NCBI GenBank assembly: GCA_039815375.1
Contig: JBCBZJ010000011.1
Location: 38,192 to 102,191, forward strand
DNA length: 64,000 nucleotides
Direction: 5' to 3'
Source of the DNA: Verrucomicrobiota bacterium
GTDB lineage: Bacteria > Verrucomicrobiota > Verrucomicrobiia > Opitutales > Coraliomargaritaceae
Below the pieces are notes generated by a model, which ran no database searches, was not told the origin of the DNA, and saw only the letters and a list, made by a program, of their open reading frames with translations. The position numbers and the translations under genes were made by a program. Below, piece by piece: positions 1 to 9,320 of the stretch (position 1 is its first letter; each line of letters starts with the position of its first letter).

Positions 1-1
1 A

Positions 2-1795
2 GCAAAGTCCCTGAGCGGCAAAGTGTATATCGAGGATGCCCACAAAGGCAGCATCAAGGCCGAGGGCAATCGCATTATCGTCACAGGAGACTTGGCGGAT
101 TGGCAGGTTTACGATCGCAAGGGAAGAAAACGCACCTGGGATAACCCAACTGTCCTCGACTACGAGGCACAACTGCTCGTCATGAACGAGGGAGGCAGCC
201 TACAGGCCGACGGCAAAGCCATTACTTTCAAAGACTGTGACAGCCTAACTTTCCTTGTCTCCGCTGATACCAACTACATCAACCAGCGCGAAAAAGGCTG
301 GAAGACCGAGCACCCGCACAAGAACATTACGGCAAACCTCGACCGTGCCGCCAAACAGGATTATACAGAGCTCCTGACAGAGCATATCGAAGACTACCAG
401 TCCCTCTTCAACCGTATGAGTATCGATCTCGGCAGCAGCTCAGATCAAATACTCGCACAAACAACCGGCAAGCGCCTCGGCGCATATCAGGATGGCAGCT
501 CCGACCCGGACCTCGAAGAACTGCTCTATCAACACGCGCGCGACCTCATGATCAGCTGTTCACGCCCTGGCACTCTGCCGGCTAACCTTCAGGGGATGTG
601 GAATCAGGAAAACGGTCCTCCGTGGCGCTGCGACTACCACAGTGATGTGAACCTGCAGATGAACTACTGGTTTGTCGACCAAGCCAACCTGTCGGAATGC
701 TACAAGCCCCTGGCCGAGTGGTTTTATGCCGGACGGGAGGTTCGAAGAGAGCATACGCTGGAGCATTTTGGCAAACGCGGCATCGCAATGTTGGCTGAGA
801 ACGGTATTTTCGGCGGTAGCACATGGAAATGGTCGATCGGTGACGCATCCTGGCTGACGAATAACCTGTATTCACATTACCGGTACACCCTCGACAAGGA
901 TATCTTAAGAGACCGCGTCTATCCCCTGCTGAAAGACTGCTTCATGTTCTGGGAAGATCACCTGATTGAAATACCGGCGCCATCGGGCAAAGGCACCGTA
1001 TTGGTCGGTCCCAATGGATACTCTCCCGAACATGGACCGCACCAGGATGGAGTCAGTTTCGACCAGCAGCTATGCTGGGATCTGCTCACCAATTTCGCCG
1101 AAGCCTCTGAGGTTCTAGGAGTCGATGCAAGCGAACGGACAAAGGCACTCGCGATGCGTGAGCAGCTACTCGGTCCACAAATCGGAAGTTGGGGGCAGCT
1201 TCAGGAATGGATGGTTGACCGCGACGATCCAGAGGACGACCACCGCCACCTCTCACATATGATTGCAGTGCACCCGGGTCGCCAGATTTCCCCGCTCACC
1301 AGCCCGGAATTTGCCGAGGCAGCCAAAGTGTCCATGCATGCTCGCGGCTACGGTGGCACCGGCTGGAGCAGAGCTTGGAAAATCAGCATCTGGGCCCGCC
1401 TCTATGAGGCAGAGAAATCCTACAAAATGATCCGTAATCTAATGAGCAGCCGCACGCTCTATAGCAATTTGTTCGCGGCACATCCCCCTTTCCAGATCGA
1501 CGGCAATTTCGGCTATGCTGGTGGTGTCAACGAGATGTTACTTCAGTCGCACATGGATTACATTGATATCATCCCTGCCCTCCCTGCCGCCTGGCCAGAA
1601 GGTGAAGTTGCCGGGATGCGCGCGCGTGGCGACGCCGAAGTCGATCTGAAATGGTCAGGAGGCACGCTGGTCTCAGTCACAGTCAAGGCAGGCGATCAAT
1701 ATCAAGCTTTGCCACTGGTTTACAAAGGTAAGCGGGTCATGCCTAATCTGAAGTCAGGTCAAACGAAAACCGTCTCCGTGGCAGAGTTCAGGTAA
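2..1795 (+). CDS. GH95 alpha-L-fucosidase, 5'-truncated by the window edge
   Basis: Frame is open from base 2. GH95 motifs SRPGTLPANLQGMWN, DYHSDVNLQMNYW, SPEHG, HRHLSH, GTGWSRAW, HPPFQIDGNFG, EMLLQSH. Confidence 0.9.
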   Translation, partial: AKSLSGKVYIEDAHKGSIKAEGNRIIVTGDLADWQVYDRKGRKRTWDNPTVLDYEAQLLVMNEGGSLQADGKAITFKDCDSLTFLVSADTNYINQREKGWKTEHPHKNITANLDRAAKQDYTELLTEHIEDYQSLFNRMSIDLGSSSDQILAQTTGKRLGAYQDGSSDPDLEELLYQHARDLMISCSRPGTLPANLQGMWNQENGPPWRCDYHSDVNLQMNYWFVDQANLSECYKPLAEWFYAGREVRREHTLEHFGKRGIAMLAENGIFGGSTWKWSIGDASWLTNNLYSHYRYTLDKDILRDRVYPLLKDCFMFWEDHLIEIPAPSGKGTVLVGPNGYSPEHGPHQDGVSFDQQLCWDLLTNFAEASEVLGVDASERTKALAMREQLLGPQIGSWGQLQEWMVDRDDPEDDHRHLSHMIAVHPGRQISPLTSPEFAEAAKVSMHARGYGGTGWSRAWKISIWARLYEAEKSYKMIRNLMSSRTLYSNLFAAHPPFQIDGNFGYAGGVNEMLLQSHMDYIDIIPALPAAWPEGEVAGMRARGDAEVDLKWSGGTLVSVTVKAGDQYQALPLVYKGKRVMPNLKSGQTKTVSVAEFR

Positions 1796-1844
1796 TCCTT
1801 TAAAGTCAGACATCCCTGAGAAAAACTAAATCGAACAGAAGCGA

Positions 1845-4199
1845 ATGTATAACACACCTCACGTCCGCATACTCCTTACCCTGCTAATTCCGCTCCTTGC
1901 TTATGCGGAGGACTGGGAACGCTTTAAGTTACATTATGGCTCCCCTGCAAAGCAATGGGAACATCACGCGCTGGCATTAGGAAACGGTCGCATGGGGGCA
2001 ATGGCCTTTGGCGGAATCGAAAACGCGCGCATACAGCTTAACGAAGAATCCATTTGGGCTGGACCTCCGGTTCCCACTCCAACTGAGAAATACGGAAAAG
2101 CAGTGGCGGCTGATCGCAGGCAATGGGTGGAAACGGGGCAAATTGGGCGCAGTCTGAAGGCAGCACTGCAATCACCGAGATATATTCGCTGTTACCAGCC
2201 CTGGGGCGACCTGTATCTTCAGTTTGAAAATCTGGGTGATGTCGAAAACTATCGGCGGGAACTTGATCTGGACCGCGCCGTTGCCACCACTCGGTTCACT
2301 AGCAACGGCGTCACCTATACACGCGAAGTATTTGTATCCGCAGTCGATGACGTAGTGATTGTCCGGCAAAGTGCATCCAAACCTGGAAACCTCTCATTTG
2401 ACATCCGGCTGAACCGCCCAGACGACTTCACAACCCAAGCAAAGGGAAATGACAGTCTAGTCATGTTTGGCCAAGCCAAGCAAAAAGAAGGTAAGAATCC
2501 CGGGGTCAAATGGAGCTCCATGCTAAAGGCCAACGTTGAGGGAGGCAGCATTCGCGCAGAAGGCAACCAACTAAAGGTCACGAACGCTGATACAGTTACT
2601 CTCTTCCTAAGCTGCAATACGGACTACAACCGTAACAACACAGCCCAACCTTACAGCTACGACCTGACCGCAAAATGCGAAAAGGCCCTGACTGCAGCGA
2701 TGGACAAATCCTATGACTCCATACTCGAAGCACATGTCGCCGAACATCGAAAGTATTTTCGCCGCTGCACTCTGGACCTTGGAGGCAAGGAAGCCGCAGA
2801 GCTATCCACATCGAAACGGCTCTCAAGTTACAAAGATGCCACAAAGAACAAAACCAAATCCAAGGATACCGACTTCGTTACGCTTTATTTCCAATTCGGA
2901 CGTTACCTCCTGATTACCTCTTCCCGACCCGGTACGCTCCCGGCAAATTTACAGGGTATTTGGAATGATAAAATCACACCTCCCTGGAATTGTGATTATC
3001 ATCTCAATATCAACTTACAGATGAACTATTGGCCAGCAGAGGTCACCAACCTCTCCGAGTTCCATGAACCATTCTTTTCCTACATTGAGCGCCTGATCCC
3101 TTCGGGCAGGGAAACCGCCCGGATCATCTACGGCTGTGAGGGGTTCGCGGCGCACCACGCCTCGGATGTATGGCACTGGACTGCTACCCAGGGACCACGC
3201 CCCAACTGGGCCGCCTGGCCTCATGGCATTGGCTGGAGCACCACCCATTTTATGGAGCACTACCGGTTTACTGGCGACAAGGAGTTTCTTAAGGAACGAG
3301 CCTGGCCCATCACGTCGGGAGCCGCAAAATTCTATCTTGGCTACCTTCTGGAAAACCCCAGAAACGGCAAGTTATACGCCGGCCCGGATGCCTCCCCCGA
3401 GAACACCTTTGCGGGCGGAGGCACCCACAGCATGGGGCCATCAATGAGTCAGCAAATCATTTGGGACGTCCTTACGAACACGCTTGAAATTGCCGAAGTT
3501 CTACAAATCGAGAATGCATTCGTTCAGGAAGTGAGAGAAGCATTGTCTAAGCTCTATGAACCGCGAATCGCCGATGACGGTCGCCTCATGGAGTGGTCTG
3601 AGCCCCACGGGGAAACGAAAAAAGAACTAGGCCACCGACATGTGTCTCATCTCTACGGTATGCATCCGAGTGCCAAGTATAACTATAGAGAGACACCCGA
3701 GTTCATGGAAGCCTGCCGCAAGAGTATCGATTATCGCCTGGAGCATGGCGGAGCCGGGGTTGGTTGGAGCCGAGCCTGGACCATTAACTTTTTTGCCCGT
3801 TTTCAAGATGCCGAAGAAGCTTATAACAACGTACATGAGCTCTTTGCCGGACGCTCCACCACCTTCAACCTATTTGATCTGCACAACCGTCCGTTCCAAA
3901 TCGATGGCAACTTTGGCGGCACCGCAGGCATAGCCGAAATGCTTCTCCAATCTCACGCTGGTGAAATTGCACTGCTCCCTGCCTTACCCGAGGCATGGCC
4001 TGAGGGCAAGGCTACCGGCTTTCGAACACGCGGTAACGCTGAAGTCGATTTGGAATGGTTCGATGGCAAGCTAGTTTCGATCACCCTTAAGGCCGATCAG
4101 AATTACAAATCTATGCCCATACGGTATAAAGGAAAAATAATTACGCCGAAACTCAACTCAGGACAAACCAGAACCTACTATGCAAAGGATTTCAAGTAG
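1845..4199 (+). CDS. GH95 alpha-L-fucosidase with signal peptide
   Basis: LGNGRMGAM, QLNEESIW, YQPWGDL, PANLQGIWN, DYHLNINLQMNYW, SPEN, HRHVSH, PFQIDGNFG; hydrophobic N-terminus ending LAYA. Confidence 0.93.
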   Translation: MYNTPHVRILLTLLIPLLAYAEDWERFKLHYGSPAKQWEHHALALGNGRMGAMAFGGIENARIQLNEESIWAGPPVPTPTEKYGKAVAADRRQWVETGQIGRSLKAALQSPRYIRCYQPWGDLYLQFENLGDVENYRRELDLDRAVATTRFTSNGVTYTREVFVSAVDDVVIVRQSASKPGNLSFDIRLNRPDDFTTQAKGNDSLVMFGQAKQKEGKNPGVKWSSMLKANVEGGSIRAEGNQLKVTNADTVTLFLSCNTDYNRNNTAQPYSYDLTAKCEKALTAAMDKSYDSILEAHVAEHRKYFRRCTLDLGGKEAAELSTSKRLSSYKDATKNKTKSKDTDFVTLYFQFGRYLLITSSRPGTLPANLQGIWNDKITPPWNCDYHLNINLQMNYWPAEVTNLSEFHEPFFSYIERLIPSGRETARIIYGCEGFAAHHASDVWHWTATQGPRPNWAAWPHGIGWSTTHFMEHYRFTGDKEFLKERAWPITSGAAKFYLGYLLENPRNGKLYAGPDASPENTFAGGGTHSMGPSMSQQIIWDVLTNTLEIAEVLQIENAFVQEVREALSKLYEPRIADDGRLMEWSEPHGETKKELGHRHVSHLYGMHPSAKYNYRETPEFMEACRKSIDYRLEHGGAGVGWSRAWTINFFARFQDAEEAYNNVHELFAGRSTTFNLFDLHNRPFQIDGNFGGTAGIAEMLLQSHAGEIALLPALPEAWPEGKATGFRTRGNAEVDLEWFDGKLVSITLKADQNYKSMPIRYKGKIITPKLNSGQTRTYYAKDFK

Positions 4200-4270
4200 G
4201 ACGAAATCGACTAGAAACCTTTTTTCTAGCCTGTTGACTCAAATTAATAATTACTCCAACTCAGTTCATA

Positions 4271-6595
4271 ATGAAGTATCTTGCCCCGCTACTACTAATA
4301 GCCTCGTTTAGTAACCTATTCGCCGATGTCAGTCTCTTTAACCGTGATTGGCAATTTCGCAAAGAATCAGAAAACAACTGGAAAGAGGTAATATTGCCGC
4401 ACACGGCACATATGGAACCATTCGTTTCCAATAGGATGTGGCAGGGTACCGCCCACTACCGCAAGACATTCGACTATAAACCTGCCTGGCAGGGAAAAAA
4501 GGTCTTCATCGAGTTCGAAGGTGCCATGATCGTGGCTAAAATATCCCTCAACGGCGAAGAACTCACCACGCACTACGGTGGCTATGTAGGCTTCGTCGTC
4601 GATTTGACTGATGCTCTAAATGCTGGAACGAACCTGCTGGAAGTCGAGCTGGATAATCGTGACAATCCCAATGTCCCTCCCGGCAAGCCTTACTCACAAT
4701 TGGACTTTGCGTGGTTTAGCGGACTCTATCGAAACGTAAAGCTCCACGTAAAGTCTCCTCTGCACATCACCCACCCACTCTATGCGAATCAAGCCGCAGG
4801 CGGCGGCGTATTTGTCACCTACCCGGAAATCTCAGAGAGCAAAGCTCAAATTAACGTTAAGACGCACGTTCGCAACGACTCGAATACAGCACAGGAATTC
4901 CTTATTCAACAAAGCCTTTTTCACGTAGGAGAGCAAGTCGTTGAAATGAAAGGTGACAAAGTCAGCCTAAAGCCCGGCGAGGATGCACACTACACCCAAA
5001 CCATTCGTCTTGATCAGCCCAAGCTCTGGTCCATACAGTCGCCGAACCTCTATCGCCTACAAACTTCAATACTGACTGCTGGAGGTGAAGTGGATCGTAT
5101 CAGCGAACGCATTGGCCTGCGTCACATCAGCGTCAATAGTGAAGGTTTTCTAATCAATGGCCGGAACATGTATCTACGTGGAACCAACCGTCATCAGGAA
5201 TTTCCATATGTCGGATACGCTGCATCCGATGAAGCGCACTTCCGGGACGCACAGAAGATCAAAGAAGCAGGATTTGACCTGATCCGACTGGCTCATTACC
5301 CACACGCACCTGCTTTCTATGATGCCTGCGATGAGCTTGGCATTGTGCTGATTGACTGCATTTCGGGCTGGCAGTTCTTCAAAGGAAATGGACCTTTCGC
5401 CGAACGCTCCTTTGAAGAAGCTCGCAGAATGATCCGCCGCGATCGCAATCACCCCTCTGTCATTATGTGGGAAACCAGTTTGAACGAGGCACGTATGCCG
5501 GACTCATTCCTGAAGAAGATGCATCAGATAGTCGATGAAGAGTACCCAGGCGACCAAAGCATCAGCATCGCATGGAAAAACAAGTATCACGATGTTTTTG
5601 GTGCCGCTCGCCAACACGCCAAAGGGCCCAAATTCTGGGATGACTGGAGCCACAAGAACGGCATGGGGCTGCTTGTTGCGGAATACGGCGATTGGGAATA
5701 CTTCGGCAAGCAAAATGCCTTCAACTTCAACCAGACCGCTGCTAAAAAGAAGGACTTACACAAGGATGAGCTAACTTCACGACAGAAACGTGAACACGGC
5801 GAAGCAAGAATGCTACAGCAGGCACTGAACTATCAGGAAGCGCACAACCAGAACCGGCGGGGAAAATCCATTATTGGAGATGCTACTTGGCTCGTAATCG
5901 ACTATAACCGAGGCAATGCACGAAATCATTGCACTTCCGGCGTGCTCGACCTGATGCGTATTCCAAAATTCGCTCTTAACTTCTTCAAAAGTCAACGGCC
6001 TGCCAGCGAACAAAGCGATCTGTTCGACAGCGGACCAATGGTGTTTGCAGCGACCTACTGGAATGAAAAATCCGATCCTTCCGCAATTCGTGTCTTCAGT
6101 AACTGCGAGGAAGTTTCCATTTCAGTGAACGGTAAGGAAATCGCCCGCCAGAAGCCCGACCAGAACCAATTCAGTACCCATCTGGAGCATCCGCCGTTTA
6201 CCTTCAATCTCGGCTCTTTCGTGCCGGGTGAACTCGTTGCCACTGCATACATTGACGGGAAACCTGCCGCCTACCATACGGTCAAGACACCCGGGAAACC
6301 AGTCGGCCTACAATTGTTTACTGCTAAGGGCATAAAGCCGTTACAGGCAGACGGCGCAGACTTTGTCTTCGTCTATGCAGCCGTGGTAGATGCCCAAGGA
6401 ATCATAGTTGACAACGCTGATAACGAACTCCAATTCTCGGTCAAAGGTGCTCGTATCGTTGGTCCGGATACAATTGCAGCCGAAGCAGGCATTAACGGTG
6501 TGCTTGTCGGGCAAACCAACCGCAAGGGTGACATTCAAGTCCAAGTAAGTTCACAAGGCCTTCAGGGGACGAGTCTCAGCCTTACAGCTAAATAA
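4271..6595 (+). CDS. GH2 glycoside hydrolase (beta-galactosidase-like), exported
   Basis: FEGAM, GLYRNV, LRGTNRHQ, IRLAHYP, CDELGI, RDRNHPSVIMW..NE (acid/base), AEYG (nucleophile region), VFSNCEEV C-terminal Ig-like domains. Confidence 0.9.
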   Translation: MKYLAPLLLIASFSNLFADVSLFNRDWQFRKESENNWKEVILPHTAHMEPFVSNRMWQGTAHYRKTFDYKPAWQGKKVFIEFEGAMIVAKISLNGEELTTHYGGYVGFVVDLTDALNAGTNLLEVELDNRDNPNVPPGKPYSQLDFAWFSGLYRNVKLHVKSPLHITHPLYANQAAGGGVFVTYPEISESKAQINVKTHVRNDSNTAQEFLIQQSLFHVGEQVVEMKGDKVSLKPGEDAHYTQTIRLDQPKLWSIQSPNLYRLQTSILTAGGEVDRISERIGLRHISVNSEGFLINGRNMYLRGTNRHQEFPYVGYAASDEAHFRDAQKIKEAGFDLIRLAHYPHAPAFYDACDELGIVLIDCISGWQFFKGNGPFAERSFEEARRMIRRDRNHPSVIMWETSLNEARMPDSFLKKMHQIVDEEYPGDQSISIAWKNKYHDVFGAARQHAKGPKFWDDWSHKNGMGLLVAEYGDWEYFGKQNAFNFNQTAAKKKDLHKDELTSRQKREHGEARMLQQALNYQEAHNQNRRGKSIIGDATWLVIDYNRGNARNHCTSGVLDLMRIPKFALNFFKSQRPASEQSDLFDSGPMVFAATYWNEKSDPSAIRVFSNCEEVSISVNGKEIARQKPDQNQFSTHLEHPPFTFNLGSFVPGELVATAYIDGKPAAYHTVKTPGKPVGLQLFTAKGIKPLQADGADFVFVYAAVVDAQGIIVDNADNELQFSVKGARIVGPDTIAAEAGINGVLVGQTNRKGDIQVQVSSQGLQGTSLSLTAK

Positions 6596-6641
6596 ATTTT
6601 ATTCTATTCAACAGTTATTGGAAGCGAAAGTACAAGTAAAA

Positions 6642-7325
6642 ATGAAACATATCACCAAAAACATGCGAATCCTTGCCGGTCTTGCCTTACTAACTCTGGT
6701 TAACTCCCTATCTGCTCATGACCAGGATTGGACCGAACTTTTCGACGGAAAAACCACCGATGGATGGACGAAACGCGGCGGAGAAGCCACCTACAAGGTA
6801 GAAGACGGCACCATTGTCGGGACAACTGGATTAGGTCCGAACACCTTCCTTTGCACAGAACAGGAGTTCGGTGATTTTGAGCTCGAATTCGAGGTGAAGT
6901 ATGTCAGCGAAAAGAAATTCAACTCCGGTTGCCAAATCCGTTCGAAGGCACAGAAACAAGATAAGAAGGGCAAAACTATTGATCGCGTGAATGGCCCACA
7001 GGTTGAGATTGAGACCGGGCCCGGACAAGCCGGTTACATCTACGGTGAGCAAATGTCCGGCTGGCTGTCTACAAACCCCAAGTCCAAGGACAAGTCAGTC
7101 AATTCACACCAGCACTTCAAGAACGAGGAATGGAATCACTACCGCATTGTGGCCAAAGGATCGCGCATCCAAACTTGGATTAATGGCGCACAGGTTGAAG
7201 ATCTGACACACGATCAGGCCTATGAGTCGCACCCGAAGGGCTTTATTGGCTTACAGGTTCACTCGACCAAAAACCATGGACGAAGCATCGCCTGGCGTAA
7301 GATCCGTATCCGGGAAACAGAGTAG
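6642..7325 (+). CDS. DUF1080 family (3-keto-disaccharide hydrolase-like) exported protein
   Basis: LFDGKTTDGW, FGDFELEFE, NSGCQIRS, WNHYRI, GFIGLQVH, WRKIRIRE; signal peptide. ATG at 6642 preferred over TTG at 6618. Confidence 0.88.
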   Translation: MKHITKNMRILAGLALLTLVNSLSAHDQDWTELFDGKTTDGWTKRGGEATYKVEDGTIVGTTGLGPNTFLCTEQEFGDFELEFEVKYVSEKKFNSGCQIRSKAQKQDKKGKTIDRVNGPQVEIETGPGQAGYIYGEQMSGWLSTNPKSKDKSVNSHQHFKNEEWNHYRIVAKGSRIQTWINGAQVEDLTHDQAYESHPKGFIGLQVHSTKNHGRSIAWRKIRIRETE

Positions 7326-7460
7326 CGCGAGCCATCGCTAAAAACAGGTCACGTCCCTCCTGTCTCCTGTAGTAAAACTTTCATTTTAGTAGGCTACATG
7401 AGGGCGTTTTTACCACCTATCTCGGTCGTCTTGCTCTTGCACAAGACAGCTGGTCTACGG

Positions 7461-9320
7461 ATGAAAACTATTTGGACCCTCTTCGCCAGTGCACTGGTCC
7501 TTCCGGTTCTCATACATGCCGCCCAGGATCGCCCCAACATCGTTTGGCTGACATCAGAAGACAACTCGGCAAATTGGTATCGGCTTTACAATCCAGAACA
7601 CGGAACGCCTATGCCGAACATTGAGCGGCTTGCCCGGGAAGGGTTGGTATTCAATAACGCCTATTCTAACGCTCCCGTCTGTTCAACGGCGCGCTCAACA
7701 ATTATTTCCGGCTGTTACGGACCACGAACCGGTGCACAGTATCATCGTAAAGCAAGGGAGGTGAACTTTCCCAGTGGCCTGAAACCATTTCCCGCCTACT
7801 TGCGGGAGGCTGGTTACTACACGAGCAATAACAGCAAAAAGGATTACAATTACAAAAATGCGGACAGCGGATGGGACAGCTCCGCGAAGCAGGCCCACTA
7901 CAAGAACCGGCAGCCGAAACAACCGTTTTTTCATGTACAGAACTACATGACGACGCACGAAGGGGAACTGTTCAAAGGAATCAAGGACGAAGCCTTGGCT
8001 TTCGATCCGGCCCAAGTAAACATTTTCCCCTATCACCCGGATACGCCCACCTTTCGTCGAAAATATGCGCAGTACTTAAGCCTGCATCAGCGTGTCGACG
8101 CAGAGATCGGCAAGTTTATCGATGAGCTCGAAGCGCAGGAACTACTCGACGATACTTTTATCTTCCACTACGGAGACCACGGTGGCGTCCTGCCTGGCAG
8201 CAAAGGTTACGCACGCAATGATGGCCTGCAGGTGGCCATGGTCGTTTACGTGCCCGCGAACTGGAAACACCTCGTGCCCGCGAAGGTAGGCTCACGGATC
8301 GACGGTTTTGTCGATTTCACTGATCTCGCACCCACTGTGCTTAATCTCGCCGGAATTGAAATACCGAAACAGATTGATGGAAAACCATTCCTAGGAAAAG
8401 GCGTAACTCTGGATGAATTGAGCCGCCGCAATACCACCTTCGGCTACGCTGAACGCTTCGACGAGAAATATGATATGGTCCGCTTCCTGCGCAAAGGCAG
8501 ATATACCTACTGGCGCAGTTACCAACCTTTTAATTTTGACGGACTTCACAATGAATACCGCTACAAGCAACCGGCCTTTGTCGAATGGCGCCAGCTCCAT
8601 CAAGCAGGCAAACTCAACAAAGCACAAAGTCAGTTCTTTGAACCGCGCCAGCCGGAAATGCTTTTCGACCTAAACAAGGACCCGCATGAGACCAACAACC
8701 TTGCCAATGATCCTGCCTATACCGAAATTCTGCTCGATTTGCGTCAAACACTACAGGACAAAGTCGTATCGTTGCCGGATATCGGTTTCTTCCCTGAGCC
8801 TGTTTTTCTTCGTGAGAGTAACGGCAACGGTACCGCCTTCGGCCTGAAGCATAAGGAACAGATCGCCAGCCTAATTAGAATCGCAGACCTGCAGCTCAAA
8901 GCCTTCCCCGAAGCAAAGGGTGGAATCGCTCAAGCGCTGAACTCAGAGCTACCGATGGAACGCTATTGGGCCCTGATCACCTGTAGTGCATTTGGTCGGC
9001 AGGCAGCTGACTTCTACGCACGGGCAAAGCAATTGGCCAAAAGTGATCCGAACAATCTCGTGCGTGCCCGTGCTGCTGAGTTCTTAGGTCTCACCGGCTC
9101 AGCAGACCCGATGCCGTACATCGCTGAAGTGCTTGAGCAATGCGAAGATACCTGCGAGGCAAATCTCGTTCTCAATAGTGTCGCACTCCTGCGCGATGGC
9201 GCAGGTATTGCAGTCAGTCCGGAGGATCTACGGATACCATCTCTGCCTCAAAAAGCCCGACGAAATTCCCCACATTCGCACACACTGAGACGCATCAAGT
9301 ACCTGTTGGAAGCCCCATGA
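7461..9320 (+). CDS. Sulfatase (S1) with C-terminal HEAT-like repeats
   Basis: RPNIVWLTSEDN, APVCSTARS, YGDHGG, LFDLNKDPHETNNLA; C-terminal ERYWA and VRARAAEFLG HEAT-like helices. Start 7461 chosen because it gives a signal peptide. Confidence 0.88.
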   Translation: MKTIWTLFASALVLPVLIHAAQDRPNIVWLTSEDNSANWYRLYNPEHGTPMPNIERLAREGLVFNNAYSNAPVCSTARSTIISGCYGPRTGAQYHRKAREVNFPSGLKPFPAYLREAGYYTSNNSKKDYNYKNADSGWDSSAKQAHYKNRQPKQPFFHVQNYMTTHEGELFKGIKDEALAFDPAQVNIFPYHPDTPTFRRKYAQYLSLHQRVDAEIGKFIDELEAQELLDDTFIFHYGDHGGVLPGSKGYARNDGLQVAMVVYVPANWKHLVPAKVGSRIDGFVDFTDLAPTVLNLAGIEIPKQIDGKPFLGKGVTLDELSRRNTTFGYAERFDEKYDMVRFLRKGRYTYWRSYQPFNFDGLHNEYRYKQPAFVEWRQLHQAGKLNKAQSQFFEPRQPEMLFDLNKDPHETNNLANDPAYTEILLDLRQTLQDKVVSLPDIGFFPEPVFLRESNGNGTAFGLKHKEQIASLIRIADLQLKAFPEAKGGIAQALNSELPMERYWALITCSAFGRQAADFYARAKQLAKSDPNNLVRARAAEFLGLTGSADPMPYIAEVLEQCEDTCEANLVLNSVALLRDGAGIAVSPEDLRIPSLPQKARRNSPHSHTLRRIKYLLEAP

